Below, in pieces: positions 33,080 through 44,158 of a stretch of DNA of 64,000 nt (position 1 is the stretch's first letter; the number at the start of each line of letters is the position of its first letter). A program made the translations under genes and the position numbers. The stretch spans positions 42,227 through 106,226 of the forward strand of contig JAWLAB010000004.1 of assembly GCA_041395665.1 (NCBI GenBank), read 5' to 3'. A model generated the notes under the pieces. That model searched no databases, had not been told where the DNA came from, and was given only the letters and a program-made list of their open reading frames with translations. The stretch is from Pseudomonadales bacterium. Its GTDB lineage: Bacteria > Pseudomonadota > Gammaproteobacteria > Pseudomonadales > UBA7239.

Positions 33080-35810
33080 ATGGCAACCATTTATGTTGAT
33101 GGCAAACCCCATGAAGTAGACGGCGCAGACAACCTGTTGCGCGCTTGCTTATCACTGGGTTTGGATGTGCCTTATTTTTGCTGGCATCCTGCATTGGGTT
33201 CAGTCGGTGCGTGTCGTGCTTGCGCAGTAAAACAATACGCCAATGCGGATGACAAGCGCGGTCGCATTGTGATGTCATGCATGACGCCATCAACCGACAA
33301 TACTTACATTTCGATTGATGACGAAGAAGCAAAGCTTTTCGCAAATCCGTTGTTGAATGGTTGATGACCAACCACCCACACGATTGCCCTGTTTGTGAAG
33401 AAGGTGGTCACTGTCATTTGCAAGATATGACAGTGATGACAGGCCACAATCAACGCCGTTATCGTTTTACGAAGCGCACGCATCAAAATCAGGATCTAGG
33501 CCCTTTCATCAATCACGAAATGAATCGCTGTATCGCGTGTTATCGCTGTGTGCGTTATTACAAAGATTATGCAGGTGGTGAAGATCTTGGTGTGTACGGC
33601 GCGCATGACAATGTTTATTTTGGTCGTGAAAGCGATGGTGTTTTTGAAAGTGAATTTTCTGGCAACTTAGTCGAAGTATGTCCGACGGGTGTGTTCACTG
33701 ATCGCACGCACTCTGAGCGCTATAACCGCAAATGGGATATGCAATTTGCGCCCAGCATTTGCCAGCAATGCAGCGTAGGTTGTAACACTAGCCCCGGCGA
33801 GCGCTATGGTGAATTGCGCCGTATCGAAAACCGCTATCACGGTGAAGTTAACCATTATTTTCTGTGTGATCGTGGTCGTTTTGGACACGGTTATGTCAAT
33901 CGCAAAGATCGTCCACGCCAGCCATGGCAGCGCATGGATCAAGAAACTAAAATACTGAGCGTGGATGAGGTATTGGACTCTGCAGCTGATGCTTTGCGTC
34001 AATGTAAGCGCATTATAGGTATCGGCTCACCACGCGCGAGTGTCGAAGCGAATTTTGCTTTGCGCCAGTGGGTGGGTGAGAAAACTTTTTTGGTGGAACC
34101 AGCGCAGCAAAGCAAGCGCTCGTTGAACAAGCATTGGCGATTTTGCAAAACAGTCCTGTACGCACGCCTTCGTTGCGTGATATGGAAAAAGCAGACGCTG
34201 TTTTGGTGTTGGGCGAAGATGTCACGCAAACAGCACCGCGTATTGCATTGGCTTTGCGGCAAGCTGTTAAAAATAAAGGCTTGCAGATGGCTGCTGATAA
34301 CAGAATTGCTGATTGGCAAGCAATCGGCGTGAAAGATATCGCACAACATGAAAAAAGTCCGTTGTTTATTGCCGCTTTTTCAGAGACGCGTTTGTCGGAT
34401 GTGGCAGAAATCAATGTCCAATTAGCTAGCGAAGATATCGCACGCCTAGGATTTGCGGTTGCGCATTGCATTGATAGCAATTCACCGGCGGTTGAAGGTT
34501 TAGATAACACGCTGCAAACACGAGCAGTGCGTATTGCTGAAGCGTTATTAGCGGCAGAAAAACCGTTAGTGGTTTCTGGAACAGGTTGTGCGTCGGTTGC
34601 CATCATGCAAGCCGCAGCAAATGTTGCGATGGCGCTGCACAACAAGGGTCGTCAAGCAGAAATTGCTTTGTGTCAGCCGGAAGTGAACAGTATCGGCGTT
34701 GCCATGCTTGGCGGTGCGTCAGTTGAAAAAGCGTTGGCTCTTTTAGAAAGTGGTGAAGCGGACGGTGTAGTCGTTGTCGAAAATGATATTTATCGTCGCA
34801 GTGACGCAGAGCGCGTAGAAGCAGCGTTAGCAAAAGCCAAAGTATTGGTGGCGATAGATCATCAAAAAACGGCAACCATCAACAAAGCGCATTTTGTATT
34901 GCCAGCCGGAAGTTTTGCAGAAGACGACGGCACAGTCATCAATATGGAAGGTCGTGCGCAGTGCTACTTTCAGTTGTACGATCCTGCGTACTACGATCCT
35001 GACTGCAAAATTCATGAAAGCTGGCGTTGGGTTTATGCGCTGCAAACTTCGGTAGAAAGTCGCGAAGTCTGTTGGACGCATTTTGATGACATCACGCGCA
35101 TGTGTGCGGAAACAGTGCCAGCCTTGTCACGGATTATGGAAGCTGCACCGGATGCCAATTTCCGAGTTAAAGGTTTGAAAATTGCACGCGCACCGCGTCG
35201 CTACTCTGGCCGCACGGCCATGCGCGCGAATTTATCGGTACACGAACCGCGCGCTTCGCAAGATTCAGATACAGCCTTGTCATTTTCGATGGAAGGTTAT
35301 GTCGGTCCAAACGAGCCAGCATCTTTTGTGCCGTTTGCGTGGGCGCCAGGTTGGAACTCGCCACAGGCATGGACTAAATTCCAAGATGAAGTCGGCGGTC
35401 ATTTGCGTTCTGGCGATTCGGGTGTGCGTTTGATTGAACCAAAAATCGAAGCTGCTGTCAGTTATTTCACAGAAATTCCTGTAGCATGTGATGTGCGTGA
35501 AGATGCACTGCGCGTTGCGCCCTTGTATCACTTATTCGGTAGTGATGAATTGTCTGCCATGGCGCCAGCAACACAATCGATGGTGGTGCAGGCCTATGTT
35601 GCTCTATCGGTTGAGGATGCCGCGCGTTTGAAATTGACAGAAAACAGTTTGGTGAAAGTGACTTTAGGCAATCGCACTTATTCATTGCGTTTGCAGATTA
35701 GCAAAACATTAGCAAGCGGCTTGGTGGGATTGCCTGCAGGCATTCCAGGCATGCCGCCGATACTCGGACATACTCACGCGCAGCTTGCAGCGGCAGGGAG
35801 TGTGGTGTGA
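33080..35810 (+). CDS. nuoG: NADH-quinone oxidoreductase subunit G, with two homopolymer frame shifts (T-run 33336-33339; A-run 34081-34084)
   Basis: Three track ORFs (33068-33364, 33361-34332, 34134-35810) are collinear with E. coli NuoG. One extra T restores [31 protein letters not shown]. One extra A restores [53 protein letters not shown]. Confidence 0.92.
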
Positions 35811-36853
35811 ATACTTTGATTGCAGGCTTAACGCTGGATGATCTCATTATCATTGCCACTGCTGTCGCAAAAGCAGTCGTGATTTTGGTGTGCACATTAG
35901 TCGGCGGTGGCTTTTTAAGTTTTGTCGAGCGCCGCGTGTTGGCGTTGTGGCAAGACCGCTACGGCCCTAACCGTGTTGGCCCTTTTGGTTTACTGCAATT
36001 GCCAGCTGATATTGTGAAATTGTTATTCAAAGAAGACTGGACGCCACCGTTTGCCGATAAATTAACTTTTTGGTTGGCGCCATTTATTGCGATGGGTGCA
36101 TTATTAATTTCATCAGCCATTGTGCCAGTGACAGAAACATGGGGCGTTGCTGATCTCAATATCGGTATTTTATTTTTCCTCGCGATGGCGGGTTTATCGG
36201 TGTACGCCGTGTTGTTTGCAGGCTGGTCATCAAACAGTAAATATTCTTTGTTGGGTGGTATTCGTTCTGCAGCACAAACAATTAGCTATGAAGTATTTAT
36301 GGGTCTGTCGGTGATGGGCGTGGTGATGCTCGCAGGCTCATTTAATATGCGCGATATTGTTGAAGCGCAGCGTGATGGTTGGTTTGTCGTGCCGCAGTTT
36401 TTTGGCTTTATTACTTTTATGTTGGCAGGTGTCGCTGTCGCGCATAGAACGCCCTTTGATTTGCCGGAAGCGGAATCTGAGTTGGCGGCGGGTTATCACA
36501 CAGAATATTCCGGCATGAAGTGGGTCATGTTTTTCGTCAGCGAATATGTGGGTGTGGTTTTAATTTCTGCCTTGATGGTCACTTTATTTTTTGGTGGTTG
36601 GCATGAGCCGGCACTATTGGGTTTTGATTTGTGGCCGCAATGGCTGTCTTTCTTGCCTGGATTTTTTTGGTTTGCCATGAAAACAACTTTTTTCATTATG
36701 TTGTTTATCTTGGCGCGTGCTGCGCTGCCGCGTCCGCGTTATGACCAAATTATGGATGTGGGCTGGAAATTTTGCCTGCCATTAACACTGCTTAACTTGT
36801 TGGCGACAGCTGCTGTTGTGCTGCTGCAAATGCCGGCAGTGGGAGGTGCATGA
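35807..36853 (+). CDS. nuoH: NADH-quinone oxidoreductase subunit H
   Basis: 348-aa membrane protein. [24 protein letters not shown] and [18 protein letters not shown] motifs. Confidence 0.95.
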   Translation: MNTLIAGLTLDDLIIIATAVAKAVVILVCTLVGGGFLSFVERRVLALWQDRYGPNRVGPFGLLQLPADIVKLLFKEDWTPPFADKLTFWLAPFIAMGALLISSAIVPVTETWGVADLNIGILFFLAMAGLSVYAVLFAGWSSNSKYSLLGGIRSAAQTISYEVFMGLSVMGVVMLAGSFNMRDIVEAQRDGWFVVPQFFGFITFMLAGVAVAHRTPFDLPEAESELAAGYHTEYSGMKWVMFFVSEYVGVVLISALMVTLFFGGWHEPALLGFDLWPQWLSFLPGFFWFAMKTTFFIMLFILARAALPRPRYDQIMDVGWKFCLPLTLLNLLATAAVVLLQMPAVGGA

Positions 36854-37398
36854 TGGCTACCGTTAAACAAGTATTAGGTGGTATTGGTAGCCAGCTACGC
36901 AGCTTGTGGATGATTTTCTCCCACGCATGGCGCAAGCGCGACACGCTGCAGTATCCAGAAGAAAAAGTGTATTTGCCGCCGCGTTATCGCGGGCGCATTG
37001 TATTGACGCGTGACCCTGACGGTGAAGAGCGCTGTGTGGCATGTAATTTGTGTGCAGTGGCTTGTCCAGTTGGTTGTATTTCATTACAAAAAGCAGAGAA
37101 AGAGGACGGTCGTTGGTTTGCTGATTTTTTCCGCATCAATTTTTCGCGTTGTATTTTTTGCGGTATGTGTGAAGAAGCCTGCCCAACTAACGCCATTCAA
37201 TTAACGCCAGATTTTGAAATGGCGGAATACGATCGTCAAAATCTGGTTTATGAAAAAGAACATTTATTGATCTCCGGTGTGGGCAAATATCCGGATTACA
37301 ACTTTTATCGCGTATCAGGAATGGCAATTGCCGGTAAGCCAAAAGGTTCTGCCAATAATGAAGCGGCGCCTATCGATGTGCGCGGTTTGCTGCCATGA
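36850..37398 (+). CDS. nuoI: NADH-quinone oxidoreductase subunit I
   Basis: Two 4Fe-4S ferredoxin motifs: [12 protein letters not shown] and [12 protein letters not shown]. Confidence 0.96.
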   Translation: MMATVKQVLGGIGSQLRSLWMIFSHAWRKRDTLQYPEEKVYLPPRYRGRIVLTRDPDGEERCVACNLCAVACPVGCISLQKAEKEDGRWFADFFRINFSRCIFCGMCEEACPTNAIQLTPDFEMAEYDRQNLVYEKEHLLISGVGKYPDYNFYRVSGMAIAGKPKGSANNEAAPIDVRGLLP

Positions 37399-37408
37399 GG
37401 ATGATGTA

Positions 37409-37906
37409 ATGGAAGCGGCTTTTTATACTGCGGCGTTGGTCGCGTTATTGTCGACAATGGGCGTGATTAGTACACGCAAACCAATACACGGTTTGCTGTA
37501 CTTGGTGGTCTCCCTGCTGTCTGTTGCCATGATTTTTTTTGCAGTGGGTGCGCCATTTGCGGGTGCTTTGGAAATCATTGTGTATGCCGGTGCCATCATG
37601 GTGCTATTTGTTTTTGCTGTGATGATGTTGAATCTCGGTGAAAAAGGTTTGAAACAAGAAAGCGCATGGACACGAAATTCTGTTTGGTTTGGCCCGTCTG
37701 TGCTGACAACCATTTTGTTGTCGCAATTACTGCGTGTGATGTACACGGGAGAATTACCGGCTGCAGGGCTTCATGCCGTTGATGCAAAGCAAGTGGGTAT
37801 TGCGTTGTATGGTCCATATTTGCTGTGTGTGGAATTGGCGTCCATTTTATTGTTAGCGGCTTTAGTTGCTGCGTATCACTTGGGGCGTGCGGATGAAAAA
37901 GAGTAA
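37409..37906 (+). CDS. nuoJ: NADH-quinone oxidoreductase subunit J
   Basis: Membrane ORF starting MEAAFYTAALVALLST. The longer 37277 track start overlaps nuoI and is rejected. Confidence 0.9.
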   Translation: MEAAFYTAALVALLSTMGVISTRKPIHGLLYLVVSLLSVAMIFFAVGAPFAGALEIIVYAGAIMVLFVFAVMMLNLGEKGLKQESAWTRNSVWFGPSVLTTILLSQLLRVMYTGELPAAGLHAVDAKQVGIALYGPYLLCVELASILLLAALVAAYHLGRADEKE

Positions 37907-37912
37907 TCGCCG

Positions 37913-38221
37913 ATGAATGGTATCCCTTTAGAACATGGTTTGATGTTGGCTGCGGCGCTATTTGTGCTTGGCCTCACCGGTGTGTTGGTGCGTCGTAATA
38001 TTTTGTTTGTACTGATGAGTTTAGAAATCATGATGAACGCTGCCGGCTTAGCATTTGTGATGGCGGGGAGCCGTTGGGGACAGCCTGATGGTCAAATCAT
38101 GTTTATTTTGATTTTGACTTTGGCAGCGGCGGAAGCGTCTATCGGTTTGGCAATTTTGTTGCGATTACACCGACACTTCCATTCGCTGGATATTGATGCA
38201 GCTAGTGAGATGCGTGGATGA
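37913..38221 (+). CDS. nuoK: NADH-quinone oxidoreductase subunit K
   Basis: 102 aa with three transmembrane helices. [10 protein letters not shown] and [12 protein letters not shown] motifs. Confidence 0.95.
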   Translation: MNGIPLEHGLMLAAALFVLGLTGVLVRRNILFVLMSLEIMMNAAGLAFVMAGSRWGQPDGQIMFILILTLAAAEASIGLAILLRLHRHFHSLDIDAASEMRG

Positions 38222-40068
38222 GCAATCAAATATTGTCTTTATTGCCGCTGACATTCGCGCTCCCGCTATTCAGTTACATATTGCTGTCTTTTTCACGCGG
38301 CCGCTTTTCTGAACAACTCTCAGCGGTGATTGGCGTTGGCAGTATGGCCTTGTCTGCTGCAGTTGCAGCTGCCATTGCGATTCAGTTTCTCGCACAGCCC
38401 GTTGGTTTTGTGCATACACAAGTGTTGTGGTCTTGGATGCAAGTGGGTGATTTTACACCGCGCATCGCACTGCATTTGGATGGTTTGTCATTGATGATGT
38501 TGTGCGTTGTCACGGGTGTCGGTTTTCTGATTCATTTATTTGCCTCGTGGTATATGCGCGGCGAAGAAGGTTACTCACGCTTTTTTGCTTACATGAACTT
38601 GTTTGTGGCGAGCATGTTGTATCTCGTATTGGCTGATAATTTACTGTTCTTGTTTTTCGGCTGGGAAGGCGTAGGTCTTTGCAGTTATCTGCTGATCGGT
38701 TTTTATTACAAGCACACACCGAATGGTCATGCGGCGATGAAAGCGTTCATCATCACGCGTATTGGTGATGTGTTCATGATGATTGGTTTGTTTATTTTGT
38801 TTCATCAATTGGGCACACTGGATATTCAACCCATGCTGCAAGCGATTCCTCAGCAGCCTGATAACAATATGCTCGCTTTGGCTGCGCTGTTATTGTTGGG
38901 TGGTGCTGTGGGTAAATCGGCACAGTTGCCTTTGCAAACTTGGCTGGCAGATGCGATGGCGGGTCCAACGCCGGTCTCGGCATTGATTCACGCGGCAACC
39001 ATGGTTACGGCAGGTGTTTACTTAATTGCGCGTACACACACGCTGTTTGAAGTATCACCAGAAGTGTTGCAGTTAGTAGGCTTAACTGGTGCAGTGACTT
39101 TGTTATTGGCAGGTTTCTGCGCTTTGGCACAAACCGACATCAAGCGCATTCTTGCTTATTCCACCATGAGCCAAATTGGTTATATGTTTTTGGCCTTGGG
39201 TGTCGGCGCGTGGCACGCGGCTATTTTCCATTTAATGACACACGCATTTTTCAAAGCGTTGCTGTTCTTGTCAGCCGGCGCAGTTATTGTCGCCTGTCAC
39301 CACGAACAAGATATTTTCAAAATGGGTGGGTTGCGTAAAAAACTTCCCTTGGTTTACGCCTGCTTTTTAGTCGGTGGTTCTGCATTGGCTGCTTTACCTT
39401 TTGTCACAGCGGGCTTCTTTAGTAAAGATGAAATTTTGTGGTTGGCTTTTGCTAATGGTCACACAACATTCTTCTATATCGGCTTGTTCGGCGCGTTGCT
39501 GACATCGCTTTATACCTTCCGTTTAATTTTTATTGTGTTTCATGGCGAGGAGAAAACACTCGCACATGCAGGGAAAGGTTTTGCACATTCGTTACCGTTG
39601 TGCGTGCTGCTGTTATTGTCTACTGCATTGGGTGCGATGTTGCATCCGCCGCTGACGAGTGTGTTGCCAGAAACTTTAGTGCCTGACGAATCTAAGAAAC
39701 ATGCGATAGAAATTTTATCGGTGTTAGTAGGGCTGTCTGGTATAGCGATTGCTGCGTGGTTATTTCTTCCAAAGCAGCGGCCGTTGCAAGGTTTTTTTGC
39801 GCAGCGATGGGTGCACGGTATTCGCTGCCTGTGGAAATACGCGTGGGGTTTCGATGTGCTGTATGACCGTATTTTTGTGCGCCCTTACCTCTGGCTGGTT
39901 AAAGCCAACAGCCGTGACGCAATTGATGTGTGTGTTGAAGGTATTCCGGTATTGATGCGCAAAGGGCATGACGCGTTGGGAGCAACAGAAAACGGTTTAG
40001 TGCGCTGGTATGCGGCGAGTATTGTGGCAGGAGCGACAGCTATTTTGCTGTTTGTGCTGTGGGTTTAA
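38218..40068 (+). CDS. nuoL: NADH-quinone oxidoreductase subunit L
   Basis: 616-aa antiporter-like subunit. [16 protein letters not shown] and [37 protein letters not shown]. Confidence 0.95.
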   Translation: MSNQILSLLPLTFALPLFSYILLSFSRGRFSEQLSAVIGVGSMALSAAVAAAIAIQFLAQPVGFVHTQVLWSWMQVGDFTPRIALHLDGLSLMMLCVVTGVGFLIHLFASWYMRGEEGYSRFFAYMNLFVASMLYLVLADNLLFLFFGWEGVGLCSYLLIGFYYKHTPNGHAAMKAFIITRIGDVFMMIGLFILFHQLGTLDIQPMLQAIPQQPDNNMLALAALLLLGGAVGKSAQLPLQTWLADAMAGPTPVSALIHAATMVTAGVYLIARTHTLFEVSPEVLQLVGLTGAVTLLLAGFCALAQTDIKRILAYSTMSQIGYMFLALGVGAWHAAIFHLMTHAFFKALLFLSAGAVIVACHHEQDIFKMGGLRKKLPLVYACFLVGGSALAALPFVTAGFFSKDEILWLAFANGHTTFFYIGLFGALLTSLYTFRLIFIVFHGEEKTLAHAGKGFAHSLPLCVLLLLSTALGAMLHPPLTSVLPETLVPDESKKHAIEILSVLVGLSGIAIAAWLFLPKQRPLQGFFAQRWVHGIRCLWKYAWGFDVLYDRIFVRPYLWLVKANSRDAIDVCVEGIPVLMRKGHDALGATENGLVRWYAASIVAGATAILLFVLWV

Positions 40069-40104
40069 GAACTGACGGGATTATCAACGGAAACATATAA
40101 CACC

Positions 40105-41595
40105 ATGAGTATTGTCTGGTTAATTTTTATCCCACTATTAGGCGGCTTGTTGTGCTGGCAAAGCGAGCGCTTTAGTCGCGCAGCCCCTCGGTGGATTGCC
40201 TTGTTGAGCATGGTGCTGATGGGGGCGCTAGGTGTGCATTTATTGGCGCATGGTGATTATTCTTTAGCGCCAGCTGCCGATGGTGCAATTGCTTGGCAGC
40301 ATGAATTCCGCGCGCCGTGGATTCCCTCTTTAGGCATCAGCTTTCACTTAGGGTTGGATGGCTTATCGCTGGCGATGATTCTACTAACGGCTGGGTTGGG
40401 TTTGGTCGCTGTTTTGTGCTCGTGGCGTGAAATTCAGCGCAATGTCGGTTTTTTCTATCTGAACTTGCTGTGGAATCTCGCCGGTGTGGCGGGCGTTTTT
40501 TTGGCATTGGATTTGTTCGTGTTTTTCTTTTTCTGGGAAGTGATGTTGGTTCCCATGTATTTCTTGATTGCGCTGTGGGGGCATAACACGCCGGGCGGTA
40601 AAGGCAGAATTTATGCAGCCAATAAGTTTTTTATTTTTACGCAAGCCAGTGGTTTGTTGTTATTGATTGCGATTATTGGTTTGGTGATTGTTTCTTATCA
40701 GCAAACAGGCTCTTTGAGTTTTGATTACGATGTATTGCGCCACACTGTAATGTCTCCTGTTGTTGAATTTGGTTTGATGTTGGGATTCTTCATCGCGTTC
40801 GCTGTAAAGATGCCAATTGTGCCGCTGCACTCTTGGCTGCCGGACGCGCACGCGCAAGCGCCAACGGCAGGCAGCGTGGACTTGGCTGGCGTGCTGTTGA
40901 AAACAGCCGCCTTTGGTTTGCTGCGCTATGTGTTGCCATTGTTTCCCAATGCTTCACAAGAGTTTGCGCCGATCGCAATGACTTTGGGTGTGATTGGAAT
41001 TTTTTACGGCGCAGGCATGGCGTGTGCGCAAAATGACATCAAACGCTTGGTGGCTTACACCAGTATTTCGCACATGGGTTTTGTTGTGTTGGGGATTTAT
41101 TCCAATCACTTGTTGTCACTGCAAGGCGTCGTCATACAAATGCTGGCGCACGGTATCTCTGCCGGTGCGTTGTTTATTTTGTGCGGCGAAATTTATGAGC
41201 GATTGCATACGCGTGATTTGCGACAAATGGGTGGCTTGTGGTCGCGCATCACTTGGCTGCCCGGCCTGTTCATGTTTTTTGTGGCGGCATCTTTGGGTTT
41301 GCCTGGCATGGGCAACTTTGTCGGTGAGTTTTTAATTTTATTGGGTACATTTAAATCATCGCCCGTGCTGGCTTCGCTGGCAGCGGCCGCGTTAATTTTG
41401 GCGGCTGTTTATAGTTTGTTGATGATGCAGCGTTCTTTTTATGGCGCCCCTCAATCTGAAAAAGTTTTGGAAGGTTTAACCGTGCGTGAAGTGGCCATGG
41501 TGTTGTTGTTGGTGGTCTTTTTGTTGTGGCTGGGTATTTACCCGCAACCTGTGTTGGATTTGACGCAGGCTAGTATGTCGTCATTGGTGAGGTGA
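40105..41595 (+). CDS. nuoM: NADH-quinone oxidoreductase subunit M
   Basis: 496-aa antiporter-like subunit. FAVKMPIVPLHSWLPDAHAQAPTAGSV. Confidence 0.95.
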   Translation: MSIVWLIFIPLLGGLLCWQSERFSRAAPRWIALLSMVLMGALGVHLLAHGDYSLAPAADGAIAWQHEFRAPWIPSLGISFHLGLDGLSLAMILLTAGLGLVAVLCSWREIQRNVGFFYLNLLWNLAGVAGVFLALDLFVFFFFWEVMLVPMYFLIALWGHNTPGGKGRIYAANKFFIFTQASGLLLLIAIIGLVIVSYQQTGSLSFDYDVLRHTVMSPVVEFGLMLGFFIAFAVKMPIVPLHSWLPDAHAQAPTAGSVDLAGVLLKTAAFGLLRYVLPLFPNASQEFAPIAMTLGVIGIFYGAGMACAQNDIKRLVAYTSISHMGFVVLGIYSNHLLSLQGVVIQMLAHGISAGALFILCGEIYERLHTRDLRQMGGLWSRITWLPGLFMFFVAASLGLPGMGNFVGEFLILLGTFKSSPVLASLAAAALILAAVYSLLMMQRSFYGAPQSEKVLEGLTVREVAMVLLLVVFLLWLGIYPQPVLDLTQASMSSLVR

Positions 41596-43073
41596 GTACG
41601 ATGTCTGCTGAAATCACCAGTGCCACTCTGACGCTCTCTGGGCTGTTGAGCTTATTGCCAGTTATCGTGTGCAGCATGACAGCTGTGCTGGTTATGTTGG
41701 GTATCGCGTTTCGTCGCAATCATTTTGCCAATGCCACCATTGCTGTGCTGGGCTTGAACGCTTCTTTATTAGCTGTGTGGTGGGTTTCGCAAAATCCACA
41801 GCCTGTGGCGGCAACAGATTTATTCGTTGTCGATAGCTTTGCTCATCTTTACATGGCATTGATTTTGGCAATTACTTTGGCTTGCGTGACGCTTTCACAC
41901 GCGTATATGGAAACGCACAGCGGTAATCGTGAAGAGTTTTATTTGCTACTGGTGTTATCGGCAGTGGGCGCGATGTTGATGGCGTGCAGTCGTCACATGG
42001 CTGCTTTATTCATCAGCATGGAAATTTTAACCGTGCCATTGTTTGGTTTAGCGGCCTACAGCTTCAAACGCTCGCGCTCTTTGGAGGCGGGTATCAAATA
42101 TTTGATCTTATCCGCAACATCCACCGCTTTTATGCTGTTAGGTATGGCGTTGTTATACGCACAAACCGGCAGTCTTTCATACAGCGGCATTCAAGCGTCA
42201 CTTGAGCAGCTCACACAGGTGCCATCCTTGGTGTGGGTGGGCTCTGCCATGATTTTTGTCGCGTTTGCGTTCAAATTATCTTTTGCGCCATTTCATTTAT
42301 GGACACCGGATGTCTATGAAGGCGCGCCAGCACCTGTGTCTGCTTATCTGGCAACGGCCAGCAAGGTGGCCGTGTTTGCTGCCTTTGTGCGTTTGTGGCA
42401 AACCATGCCAGCCATGACATCCGGTGCGATGCACGATGTACTTGCTGCGGCAGCAGGCTTGTCTATTGTGGCTGGCAACTTACTGGCGCTGACGCAAACC
42501 AATATCAAACGGATGTTGGGTTATTCCTCCATTGCGCACTTTGGCTATTTGTTGATCGCCGTGGTGTCAGGATTGAATTTAGAGCGCTCGGTTGTTGCTG
42601 TGTACCTAGTGACTTATGTGGTAACGGTTCTCGCGGCCTTTGGTGTGGTTGTTCAGGTGTCCAGCCCTTATCAGGGTGCAGATGCAGATAATCTGCACAA
42701 CTATCGCGGTTTGTTTTGGAAGCGCCCTTATTTGGCTTCCGTGTTGACCGTAGCTATGCTGTCGATGGCTGGCGTGCCGATGACAGCTGGTTTTATTGGC
42801 AAGTTTTATGTAATGGTGGCTGGTGTCGGTGCGAAATTGTGGTGGCTGTTAGCCGCACTGGTATTGGGCAGCGCGCTAGGTTTGTATTACTACCTGCGTT
42901 TTATGATCACCTTGTATTTGTTGGAACCGGGGATGCGCCGTTTTGAAGCGCCGCTGAATTGGGGGCGTACCACGGGCGGGTTAGTGTTATTGGCTGCTGC
43001 AGCCTTGGTTATACTGCTGGGTATATATCCAGAGCCGCTAGTAGTTTTCACGATGAATCTGCCCCCTATTTAA
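41592..43073 (+). CDS. nuoN: NADH-quinone oxidoreductase subunit N
   Basis: 493-aa antiporter-like subunit. AFRRNHFANATIAVLGLNASL aligns with the E. coli NuoN N-terminus. GTG 41592 overlaps the nuoM stop. ATG 41601 is an alternative start. Confidence 0.94.
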   Translation: MSTMSAEITSATLTLSGLLSLLPVIVCSMTAVLVMLGIAFRRNHFANATIAVLGLNASLLAVWWVSQNPQPVAATDLFVVDSFAHLYMALILAITLACVTLSHAYMETHSGNREEFYLLLVLSAVGAMLMACSRHMAALFISMEILTVPLFGLAAYSFKRSRSLEAGIKYLILSATSTAFMLLGMALLYAQTGSLSYSGIQASLEQLTQVPSLVWVGSAMIFVAFAFKLSFAPFHLWTPDVYEGAPAPVSAYLATASKVAVFAAFVRLWQTMPAMTSGAMHDVLAAAAGLSIVAGNLLALTQTNIKRMLGYSSIAHFGYLLIAVVSGLNLERSVVAVYLVTYVVTVLAAFGVVVQVSSPYQGADADNLHNYRGLFWKRPYLASVLTVAMLSMAGVPMTAGFIGKFYVMVAGVGAKLWWLLAALVLGSALGLYYYLRFMITLYLLEPGMRRFEAPLNWGRTTGGLVLLAAAALVILLGIYPEPLVVFTMNLPPI

Positions 43074-43088
43074 TGTAGAACAAGGGGG

Positions 43089-43116
43089 TTGCGTCCACAA
43101 AAAAGCAGGGTATACT
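43089..43116 (+). promoter_or_regulatory. Sigma70-like promoter for the orphan secreted protein
   Basis: TTGCGT (43089-43094), 16-nt spacer, TATACT (43111-43116). Lies about 95 nt upstream of ATG 43210. Confidence 0.5.
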
Positions 43117-43209
43117 GCGCGCACCACAGTATTCTTGTTGTCTTAGGATCGACACGATAGAAGTGGTTGATATCATCCATTTATATTGTCCATTACGGGG
43201 AATGAAGTT

Positions 43210-44016
43210 ATGAAAAAACATATTATTTCAACTGCTGCGCTGCTCAGCGCAGGCTTGATGGCTAGCGCTGCTCAAGCCACTGTTCACGATTTTGAGTATG
43301 AAGATTTGGCTCCTGCTGCCAATGCTGCAATCAAAATTGAGCTGGCGGGTTCTTGCGCTGCGAAGATCGTTCTTCCGATCACTGAATTTAGATACATGCG
43401 TACTTACGCTGACGACACCGTAACGAATGTGGTTGATGTTGATAGCACTGCTGCTACTATGACAATTTCTGTAGATGGCGTAGGTGCAGGCCCTGATTTC
43501 GTCCTTAACGCGGTTAACGATGTTAAGAGCTATGGCCAAAGAGTGAATGACTCTATCGTACGCAATGTGCGCAGAAGCCAAGCCAACTTTGTTGGTAACG
43601 GCAGCCTTACTGCAAATGCTAGCATTATCAACGGCGCAATTATGAACGAATTGCAAAACGGCGGCTATGACGGCAGCATCAGATGTAGAGATGGCGGCAC
43701 ACTGGCTGACAATATCAGCGCAGCTGGTGCGGGTGTTACTGCCGACGTACTTTTTGATGCCAGCGGTGAGCGTGTTAATGGCTCTTGGTCACATGTGAAT
43801 ACTACTGCAGACAACACTGTAGGTACTTATGTTGCCAAGTTGACTTCTTATGGCAACTTGGTTGTGCCTAGCCAATGCGCTTTAAGAGGTTCTTTGGCAG
43901 ATGCAGGGAACCCAGCGTCTCCTTATGTATTGGCCTGTGCTCCAGCTCGAGTGATCAAGCTGAAAGTCACTGCTTATGCAAAAGGCACTTCTGCTATGGT
44001 TACGGATAACCCATAA
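43210..44016 (+). CDS. Hypothetical secreted protein (no family recognised)
   Basis: Signal peptide MKKHIISTAALLSAGLMASAAQA|TV. The mature part is rich in A/V/G/N/D/T with four Cys. GGGGA Shine-Dalgarno, own promoter-like element and a strong terminator. Confidence 0.75.
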   Translation: MKKHIISTAALLSAGLMASAAQATVHDFEYEDLAPAANAAIKIELAGSCAAKIVLPITEFRYMRTYADDTVTNVVDVDSTAATMTISVDGVGAGPDFVLNAVNDVKSYGQRVNDSIVRNVRRSQANFVGNGSLTANASIINGAIMNELQNGGYDGSIRCRDGGTLADNISAAGAGVTADVLFDASGERVNGSWSHVNTTADNTVGTYVAKLTSYGNLVVPSQCALRGSLADAGNPASPYVLACAPARVIKLKVTAYAKGTSAMVTDNP

Positions 44017-44035
44017 TTTTAGTTCGGAAGTAAGA

Positions 44036-44069
44036 AAATAAAAAAGCACCCCGCGGGGTGCTTTTTTTT
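44036..44069. terminator. Bidirectional rho-independent terminator
   Basis: AAAATAAAAAA-GCACCCCGCGGGGTGC-TTTTTTTT: a GC-rich hairpin flanked by an A-run and a T-run, between convergent genes. Confidence 0.85.
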
Positions 44070-44158
44070 GCCTTGAATAATTTAAAAATACAAAACTTCT
44101 TTCCTACTTTTTGGAAGATCTGTAGAAAAGAAGTTTGGGTGAGGCTAAAAATTAAAAG

